Shown here piece by piece: positions 54,034 through 60,084 of a DNA stretch of 60,084 bases. Origin of the DNA: Candidatus Woesearchaeota archaeon (lineage in GTDB: Archaea > Nanobdellota > Nanobdellia > Pacearchaeales > GW2011-AR1); contig CAYFMD010000004.1 of the NCBI GenBank assembly GCA_964344105.1, forward strand, positions 1-60,084. Reading direction: 5' to 3'. Below the pieces are notes generated by a model. That model ran no database searches. It was not told the DNA's origin and saw only the letters and a list, made by a program, of their open reading frames with translations. The translations under genes and the position numbers were made by a program. Every line of letters starts with the position of its first letter. Within the stretch, counting starts at the first letter, position 1.

Positions 54034-55262
54034 TTAATCTTTTTATTTTTTCTCCTTATTTCAGATTCATAATCCCAGGTAATAAGCAAAAGATTGTTAC
54101 ATCTCAACTCCTCAGACCCTTTTATTAAAGAATCTATCTCTCTTTCTTGAATCTCTTCCTTGGATCTTATATAACTAACTTGAACTAATTGTTTTATTGT
54201 GTCTCTCTCTTTAATAACAAAATCTATCTCTTTTTGTTGATGGTTTTTCCAGTAATAAACTTCTAAATTATAATTTTGTGATTTTCTTCTTTGTAGTTCA
54301 ATTGCAACACTATTTTCAATTATCTTCCCCTTATTTTCTGAAAATTTAAATCCAATAAGATTAACAAGTCCTGTATCCATACAATAAATCTTTTTTGGGG
54401 CAATAAATTGTTGTTTTAATTTAAAACTAAATCTTTCTAATTCGAAAACTAGGAAAACTTCCTTAAAATAGGATATCCAATTTGAAACAGTTGAAACGTG
54501 TTTTATACCTAAAATCTCTGCCATATTTGAATAACTTATTTCACTTGAAGCATTAGACAAAAGATATCTACCCAATTGCTTCAACTCATTTATCTTCTTA
54601 ATTTTATGCCTTAGTAAAATGTCTTTTGTAAGGATATCATCATAAATTTTAATTGCAGTAGTTTCTCCAAATTTATAGATCTCTGGAAATCCTCCCTTTT
54701 TTAAATAATCTTCTAGGAATTTTTTTATTTCTGATTTTTCTTGTGCTGTATATGTATTTTGAATCTTAAAATTATTATAATCTAAAAATTCCTTAAAAGA
54801 AAAAGGGAAAAGAACTATGTCTAAGTATCTTCCAGTAAGGTGGGTTGCTAGCTCTCCACTTAACAACTTTGAATTACTTCCAGTAATTATTAGTTTTTTA
54901 GTTCTGCGCAATCTATTAGCAAAAAGTTCCCATTTTTCTATATTTTGAACCTCATCCAATATAATGTACTCAACTTCACCATATAATTCATAAAAAGCCT
55001 GCAATATTTTATCTAAATCCTCTGCTTTGAGATTATAAATTCTCTCATCATCAAAATTAATGTAACCAAATTTTTTATCCTTTTCAACTAAATATGAAAA
55101 AACTGATTTACCACATCTTCTAACCCCTGTAATCACCAAAATGTTTGGGTGTAGAAGAAATTTTTTTGCTTGATCCAAGTTTTCACGCAGAATTATATTT
55201 TCTTGCTTAGCTATTTCTTCTATCTCTTGTCTCTGTTCTTTAATAACCTCTTTTATATTCAT
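53994..55262 (-). CDS. AAA-superfamily ATPase with DUF4143-type C-terminal domain (COG1373-like)
   Basis: Walker A ITGVRRCGKS, Walker B YIILDEVQ, typical about 420 aa length and C-terminal nuclease-like region (EIDFVI). Confidence 0.75.
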   Translation of the reverse strand: MNIKEVIKEQRQEIEEIAKQENIILRENLDQAKKFLLHPNILVITGVRRCGKSVFSYLVEKDKKFGYINFDDERIYNLKAEDLDKILQAFYELYGEVEYIILDEVQNIEKWELFANRLRRTKKLIITGSNSKLLSGELATHLTGRYLDIVLFPFSFKEFLDYNNFKIQNTYTAQEKSEIKKFLEDYLKKGGFPEIYKFGETTAIKIYDDILTKDILLRHKIKKINELKQLGRYLLSNASSEISYSNMAEILGIKHVSTVSNWISYFKEVFLVFELERFSFKLKQQFIAPKKIYCMDTGLVNLIGFKFSENKGKIIENSVAIELQRRKSQNYNLEVYYWKNHQQKEIDFVIKERDTIKQLVQVSYIRSKEEIQEREIDSLIKGSEELRCNNLLLITWDYESEIRRKNKKINCIPLWKWLIEKK

Positions 55263-55359
55263 CTTATCTTTGTTTACTAATAGAAAGCTTTTATATAAAG
55301 TTTTCTATTAAAAGATTAAGAATTAGTAAAACAATTGAAAATAATTTATTAGCTAAAGG

Positions 55360-56244
55360 CTATACTTCAGATAAATCTCCATATAGATCTTTTAGTTGCT
55401 TCAATTTTCTCTTAGATCGGTCATGATCCTTCTTAGATGCAGTTTCATCAGCAATAATGCTATGATATTCAGCAATCTTTTCTCTTAAATTCTTTCTTTG
55501 AAGGACTCCAAGATCGTCCAGGGTATTATCAACCTCAGCTTTAGCAAAAGCGCTTCTAATAAAGCTTCCAATAGATGAATTAAAGAGCAACATAATAATC
55601 GCTAAAATGATAAAAACTATATATGCTATGAGAACACTTTTAGCAACCTTCCCCCAAGCTTCATAAATGACAACGGTAAACATAATAATATAACCAGTCC
55701 ATCCCAAGAGAACTACTAAAGGACGCCTCTGAGCCGAAACGGACAAAATAAACAGAGGTATAAAAACTATTCCTGCAAGTACTGTTGCAACAAATGCTGA
55801 TGAGGGGACTGTAAGTGCCGACCACATATTTTGAGGTAAAAACCTAACTCCTATGGCAGAAACAACTATTCCAGAAACAAAGTTTAGAATTCCACTACTA
55901 GAACCTTCTCCAAAAATATCTGCAGCATCTAATGTAGCTGAAACTATAATAAAAATTAAGATAAATGTAACAATCATTAAAAATTGAACATCAGCCGGTC
56001 TTGCGTCTAAATTCAATAAACCTCCAAGTAATGGCTTAAAAATAGATTTAAAAAAACCAGTTACATCATCTATAGCATCTCCAAAAGCTTGATCGGGGCT
56101 TACATTATTATTGAAAATAGAATATAATCCAACAATACCTATTAACAAAACAAAAGCTACAATAACTCCTCCAACAACTTTTGTTGCAGTGCTAGTCTGT
56201 CCTTTTTTATTTCTCAATAACACCCTTTTCATAATTAATAACAA
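55360..56244 (-). CDS. Polytopic membrane protein with charged coiled C-terminal tail
   Basis: 294 aa, about 6 TM helices, tail LREKIAEYHSIIADETASKKDHDRSKRKLKQLKDLYGDL. Confidence 0.45.
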   Translation of the reverse strand: MLLIMKRVLLRNKKGQTSTATKVVGGVIVAFVLLIGIVGLYSIFNNNVSPDQAFGDAIDDVTGFFKSIFKPLLGGLLNLDARPADVQFLMIVTFILIFIIVSATLDAADIFGEGSSSGILNFVSGIVVSAIGVRFLPQNMWSALTVPSSAFVATVLAGIVFIPLFILSVSAQRRPLVVLLGWTGYIIMFTVVIYEAWGKVAKSVLIAYIVFIILAIIMLLFNSSIGSFIRSAFAKAEVDNTLDDLGVLQRKNLREKIAEYHSIIADETASKKDHDRSKRKLKQLKDLYGDLSEV

Positions 56245-56292
56245 TATTAGAAGTTTATAAACTTTTTTAAACTCTAAAACCTACAAAGTTTA

Positions 56293-57087
56293 ATGAAAAG
56301 AGAGTATGTGCTAAAGAGATATTTGTATTTGATAATCAGCTTATTTTTAATTCCTTCTGTTATCGCACAAAACAATATTGTTAGATCATTTGACTTCAAT
56401 CTTGCAAAATATTGGATAAATAGGGTTATTCATGCAATATTAGGATTTCTATCACCAGTATTCGAATTAATAATAGGAGATTACAATACTTCTGAATTTT
56501 TCTTCTCTAAGATTCTGTTGTTTATACTTTTGTTTATAATTATAAAAAATGTACTAGACAGAACTCCCATTGGAGAACATAACGAAAGGATAGGTTTTAT
56601 AATATCACTAATAGTTTCAATTCTTTCTATACGCTTTATTAATCAAAATAATTTCTTTGAATCAATATTTGTACAATATGGAACATTAGGCATAGCAATT
56701 ACTACTGTTTTCCCAATGGTTATCTTCTTTTGGTTTATTCATAACACAAACATCGGTTCATTCGGGAGAAGAATTGCATGGATCATTTACACTACTTCCT
56801 TAACTTTAATATGGTTTTCAAAGGCACAGATACCTGCAACTGCAGATTGGATATATCTTATTACAATTTCAGCTACAATAGTATTCGTACTATTTGACAA
56901 GAAGATTCACTCATATTTTGGAATTAATCATTTTAAATCGATTTTTAAAACAAACAACGAAAATCTTATTTTAGATGAAATGGAAAAATTGGAAAAATTA
57001 GAAAGATATGGAAAAGGCCTTCCAAACTATAAGAGGAGAAAAAAAGAAATAAAAAAGAGAATAGAAGATTTATCGAGAGAGGAATAA
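56293..57087 (+). CDS. Polytopic membrane protein with signal peptide and charged C-terminal tail
   Basis: Signal-like N-terminus (..PSVIAQN), about 6 TM helices, tail EMEKLEKLERYGKGLPNYKRRKKEIKKRIEDL. Confidence 0.45.
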   Translation: MKREYVLKRYLYLIISLFLIPSVIAQNNIVRSFDFNLAKYWINRVIHAILGFLSPVFELIIGDYNTSEFFFSKILLFILLFIIIKNVLDRTPIGEHNERIGFIISLIVSILSIRFINQNNFFESIFVQYGTLGIAITTVFPMVIFFWFIHNTNIGSFGRRIAWIIYTTSLTLIWFSKAQIPATADWIYLITISATIVFVLFDKKIHSYFGINHFKSIFKTNNENLILDEMEKLEKLERYGKGLPNYKRRKKEIKKRIEDLSREE

Positions 57088-57088
57088 A

Positions 57089-57583
57089 ATGATAAACAAT
57101 TATCTTTCCTATATTCTATCAACTAATTCATTGATTAATTTCTTGCTATTTCTTATAGTTTTTTATTTTACCTATATAACAACTTTCAGATTCTTCAAAC
57201 AAAGAGGGGTTGCAATTACGCTTGGGCTCACAACATCTCTTATAGCAATTTTTTATATAAAACCTAGTGAATTATTTTTTATCTTTAGTGCTTATGGGCT
57301 AACTGGAGCATTTGTTTTAATATTCGCACCTTTTTTATTTTGTTTATTTTTCATTTACTCATCAAATCTTGTAAGTGGTATGAGAAAGTTATTTTTTATA
57401 TTCTATGGGATTGTAACCATATTCCTATTGAATGACTATGGAAATCTTTCTCCACAAGATACAACATTTATAACGATGCTAATAATCTTATTATTAGTAA
57501 TCATAATCATATTTGACAAATTTATAAAAAATAAAATTACTTTCCCAAGAAAATTAATAAACAAGCAATTCAATGATAAATAA
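57089..57583 (+). CDS. Small polytopic membrane protein
   Basis: 164 aa, 4-5 TM helices; starts 1 nt after the stop of the previous membrane-protein gene. Confidence 0.45.
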   Translation: MINNYLSYILSTNSLINFLLFLIVFYFTYITTFRFFKQRGVAITLGLTTSLIAIFYIKPSELFFIFSAYGLTGAFVLIFAPFLFCLFFIYSSNLVSGMRKLFFIFYGIVTIFLLNDYGNLSPQDTTFITMLIILLLVIIIIFDKFIKNKITFPRKLINKQFNDK

Positions 57584-57587
57584 TATT

Positions 57588-57980
57588 TTATTTTTCTAAT
57601 CTAATAACTGTAATTGCTACTTTTTCTTCTTCACTTTGAACTTTAAACATTGTATGCTCAAAAATAAAACAATCATCCAATCCTAATGCATTAAACACAC
57701 TATCAATTAGAAACTTCTCTCGATTAGCAATATCTTTCTTCTTGACAGCTCCCTTTTTTGTATGCCAATTCTCATAAATTTCAACTGTAACAGAAAGCTT
57801 AACGTCCCTATACTTAAAAATAATATCCGGATCTTCTGAAAGGTAATCTTTGACTTTCTTAGTAATATATTTTCTCAATTCCTTACCTTCATTCTTTAAA
57901 TAAAAACTTCCAAACTTGTTGTGGCCATAGAGATGGTTTATTGTTGGCGTCTTCCTGTCTATTACTATTTTCATCATCAT
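57588..57980 (-). CDS. RusA-like Holliday junction resolvase
   Basis: TPTINHLYGHNK... and KKKDIANREKFLIDSVFNALGLDDCFIF align with E. coli RusA PPSNNRYYRHNR... and [29 protein letters not shown]. Confidence 0.55.
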   Translation of the reverse strand: MMMKIVIDRKTPTINHLYGHNKFGSFYLKNEGKELRKYITKKVKDYLSEDPDIIFKYRDVKLSVTVEIYENWHTKKGAVKKKDIANREKFLIDSVFNALGLDDCFIFEHTMFKVQSEEEKVAITVIRLEK

Positions 57981-58269
57981 TTATTAAAAGTTCAGGATAT
58001 CTCTCTACTAACTGAGCATATTCTTTATGAAATTGTAAATATGACCAACCCTTATCAGTTAATCTCACTATCTTTTTATTATATTGATAGTTTCTCGTAT
58101 TATCTATAATCACAAATCCTTTCCTTTTTAGTCGCCTTAATCCTTTATGTATTGTTGATACATCCGAACCCTTAGCTCTTGCTATCTCTGCATTAGTTCT
58201 CTTGCCATCTTTTATTTTTTCTAAGATTTCTTTTTGGCAATCCATCAAGTATCTAAACTTTTTTACCAT
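57889..58269 (-). CDS. Winged-helix DNA-binding protein
   Basis: RTNAEIARAKGSDVSTIHKGLRRLKRKGFVII; its 3' end overlaps the RusA-like ORF by 92 nt in another frame. Confidence 0.55.
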   Translation of the reverse strand: MVKKFRYLMDCQKEILEKIKDGKRTNAEIARAKGSDVSTIHKGLRRLKRKGFVIIDNTRNYQYNKKIVRLTDKGWSYLQFHKEYAQLVERYPELLINDDENSNRQEDANNKPSLWPQQVWKFLFKE

Positions 58270-58378
58270 TCTTTCTATTCAGATAACAAAGATCATTCTT
58301 GAATCCACATTTTCTGCAGAACCTACCAAATTGGCTTTCCTTGTATCTTGTGCTGTTGCATTTAGGACACTTCTTCAT
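58253..58378 (-). CDS. Small zinc-ribbon protein (41 aa)
   Basis: Hand-translated MKKCPKCNSTRYKESQFGRFCRKCGFKNDLCYLNRKNGKKV (CxxC...CxxC); overlaps the wHTH start by 17 nt. Confidence 0.35.
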   Translation of the reverse strand: MKKCPKCNSTRYKESQFGRFCRKCGFKNDLCYLNRKNGKKV

Positions 58379-58435
58379 TTTGCATTTCGACCAAATCAGT
58401 TCAAATTTTATAAATAAAAAATAAAAACAAACTGA

Positions 58436-58642
58436 CTAAATTACCTTATTTATAAAAGGCCAATCTCTCACGCCAAATACTGCTAGGACAACGCCTATTT
58501 CAGCTAGTAAAGATTGAATTGCTATGCTTGGATCCAGTGTTCCGTTCATCCATCCACCAACAGTTCCAATTATAGCAGACAATCCAACAAATGCTGCTCC
58601 CAGTTTAGTCTTTGACTGATACCATGCTTTTCCGCTGCTCAT
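58436..58642 (-). CDS. Small two-TM membrane protein (holin-sized)
   Basis: 68 aa, two hydrophobic helices; sits just downstream of the fibre genes on the minus strand; function is inferred from size and position only. Confidence 0.35.
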   Translation of the reverse strand: MSSGKAWYQSKTKLGAAFVGLSAIIGTVGGWMNGTLDPSIAIQSLLAEIGVVLAVFGVRDWPFINKVI

Positions 58643-58666
58643 CTTTTTTGCACCTCCTTATCATTG

Positions 58667-58906
58667 TTAATTAAGAAATTTCCCCTCCAGTTGTTTCATT
58701 TCTGTTTTTTCCTGACTGGTATTTTTTCTTGCAAAAAAAGCCTCAACTTCCAAAACTCTAGCTTTGAGTTCTTCTTTAGTCTTCCAACTATCATTACTAA
58801 TCCAATGAGAACGGCCATTGTCTAGTTTAACGTCTACTCCGTTTCCATTTTCTTTCACACTTGCAATTTTTACTTTTTTCTTTACCATCTTAAAATGCAT
58901 ATCCAA
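58667..58906 (-). CDS. Hypothetical small protein
   Basis: 79 aa; start overlaps the upstream fibre-like gene. Confidence 0.3.
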   Translation of the reverse strand: MDMHFKMVKKKVKIASVKENGNGVDVKLDNGRSHWISNDSWKTKEELKARVLEVEAFFARKNTSQEKTEMKQLEGKFLN

Positions 58907-59378
58907 CTGTGACGTTTATCGTCCCAACTTCATTTGCAGCCAAGGGAAGATCTGTTTCAGTGTTGGTATGATCATGATTAAACATGGTTGTAACACTGTG
59001 ATTATGGCCTCCTGGTGCATTATTTGATCCGCCTGAATTGTCAGGATCATTAGAACTTCCTGTTGAGCTTGTGCCAAAAGAACTTGAAGTTGTAACAGTT
59101 ACTCCTCCAGGTTGATTGGTTACTGATCCAGAAGCTCCATCATCAGTTCTGTCATATCGCAATTTTCTAACAACAACAGTAACTGCTGCCCCAGTCCTTG
59201 ATTTAAATTCAACTGATTTTGTCTGATTTCCAATAGATAACATAACAGCATTATCATCTACTGGAGTATTTGCTAGATTAATGATGAGCTCACCATTTGC
59301 ATCAGTATTTTGTCCAGTGAAGGACTCCATTGTAAAAACTTTTCCAGCATAGTTTGTCATTTTATTCTCATTACCCAA
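58890..59378 (-). CDS. Virion fibre/receptor-binding-like protein (Gly/Ser/Thr-rich)
   Basis: G/S/T/N-rich linker, GGHNHSV HxH motif like MdpB/tail-collar proteins; start overlaps the upstream tail-collar gene. Confidence 0.4.
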   Translation of the reverse strand: MGNENKMTNYAGKVFTMESFTGQNTDANGELIINLANTPVDDNAVMLSIGNQTKSVEFKSRTGAAVTVVVRKLRYDRTDDGASGSVTNQPGGVTVTTSSSFGTSSTGSSNDPDNSGGSNNAPGGHNHSVTTMFNHDHTNTETDLPLAANEVGTINVTVGYAF

Positions 59379-60084
59379 AACATCGTAACTGATGCTGGCC
59401 TCCCTTCTGTGCCTCCTGTTGAATCTGATGTTTGAGTTCCCGCAGTTCCAACCCCATCCCAGCCACTTGCCTGAGCAGAACTTCCACTGCCATCTCCAAT
59501 TGTAATTCCATGAGTATGCGCTTTAACTTGCGATGCCTCAGTAATTCCAGAAGTTGTTGCAGCCCCTCTGATAAATCTTCCATGAGTTTCTTCAGCAGCA
59601 GAATTAAGATCAGGAATAACAGCCCCATTGTAAATAGATTCAGCATCGCTTAATGTTTGTCCATTACATTCAACCCAATTATCAGGTAATTCTGTTGTTC
59701 CATAAATAGTGTAATTTTCATTTCCATCTGGGAAAACATCAACAGTCGCACTTCCTGCCTGAGCATCAGCCCTTAAGCTGATCTGCGTTTCAGAATCAAT
59801 AGTATCAACTATTGCATAAGTCCCATCAGTAGAATTATATACAACCATGCCAGTTGTTACTCCATCAGTTTGAAAGGTTGCACCTGTATCAACTAGTTTG
59901 TTTAAGGTGTCTGTAGTAGCTGTTCCAGAACTTACAGAATCAAATGTCTTATGCCAGGCAACAATACTTCCAATAGGAACTAATCCAAATTCCTGAGCAG
60001 GCCCTGAATTAATAACTTTCTCAATATCCTCAAAATAAGAAATAATCAGCTTCCCTTTTTCTGTTATTGAAACATCAACTTTGA
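59357..60084 (-). CDS. Phage tail-collar (MdpB-like) fibre protein, 5' end outside the window
   Basis: Frame stays open upstream of the track ATG (59848) to the window edge; VPIGSIVAWHK, LPDNWVECNGQTLSD..YNGAVIPDLN..GRFIRGA and AHTHG fit the tail-collar domain pattern. Confidence 0.6.
   Translation of the reverse strand, partial: KVDVSITEKGKLIISYFEDIEKVINSGPAQEFGLVPIGSIVAWHKTFDSVSSGTATTDTLNKLVDTGATFQTDGVTTGMVVYNSTDGTYAIVDTIDSETQISLRADAQAGSATVDVFPDGNENYTIYGTTELPDNWVECNGQTLSDAESIYNGAVIPDLNSAAEETHGRFIRGAATTSGITEASQVKAHTHGITIGDGSGSSAQASGWDGVGTAGTQTSDSTGGTEGRPASVTMFWVMRIK

Larger units (their letters stand above)
47470..60084. mobile_element. Integrated virus-like element (provirus or virus-derived island), right end beyond the window
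   Basis: Tyrosine integrase, RHH/wHTH/Zn-ribbon small regulators, RusA-like resolvase, holin-sized membrane protein and tail-collar fibre genes, all after the last housekeeping gene (5S rRNA). Confidence 0.6.

Noticed and set aside
55280-55310. Near-palindrome tagaaagcttttatataaagttttcta upstream of the ATPase gene, with a core similar to the 5S promoter (aaagcttttta)
   Set aside because: The palindrome is imperfect, is dominated by the TATA element itself, and has no further copies that I noticed.
1-60084. CRISPR arrays or other long tandem repeat arrays
   Set aside because: Reading the intergenic regions, I saw no regularly spaced direct repeats of CRISPR size. Coding density leaves no gap large enough for an array.

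Overview
AT-rich, gene-dense archaeal chromosome segment. The archaeal origin rests on RNA polymerase subunit N (Rpo10), Taw1/Tyw1, Dph2, archaeal-type SecD/SecF, a bifunctional PGI/PMI and TATA-box promoters close to start codons. A small-genome (DPANN-like) host is only a guess. Four blocks are visible. (1) 96-8411: an island built almost entirely from nucleotide/phosphoester-handling domains: 2 AlkP-superfamily, 2 Pol-beta NTase+OB, 2 atypical HIT-like, HAD, PHP, a PQ-loop transporter and a ribbon-helix-helix (RHH) protein. This is my best candidate for an undescribed system. (2) 8569-31518: a large surface-glycan cluster. It holds a CDP-hexose pathway, an ABO-like GT6 glycosyltransferase, a deacetylase-formyltransferase-FolD trio, and a module resembling the mycobacterial decaprenyl-phospho-arabinose pathway. 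(3) 31550-47467: housekeeping genes, including secDF, tRNA-Gly, sufB-S-U-C, sod, tRNA modification genes, rpoN and an orphan 5S rRNA. An identical 14-bp operator-like box precedes the suf operon, the sod operon and a Cys-rich HTH regulator gene. The dph2 gene is interrupted by an in-frame TAA. (4) about 47470 to the window end: an integrated virus-like element. It carries a tyrosine integrase, RHH and wHTH regulators, an NYN nuclease, a DUF4143 ATPase, five similar membrane proteins, a RusA-like resolvase and tail-collar fibre genes, and runs off the window. No CRISPR array was seen. All calls come from reading the ORF translations and the DNA by eye; no searches were run.
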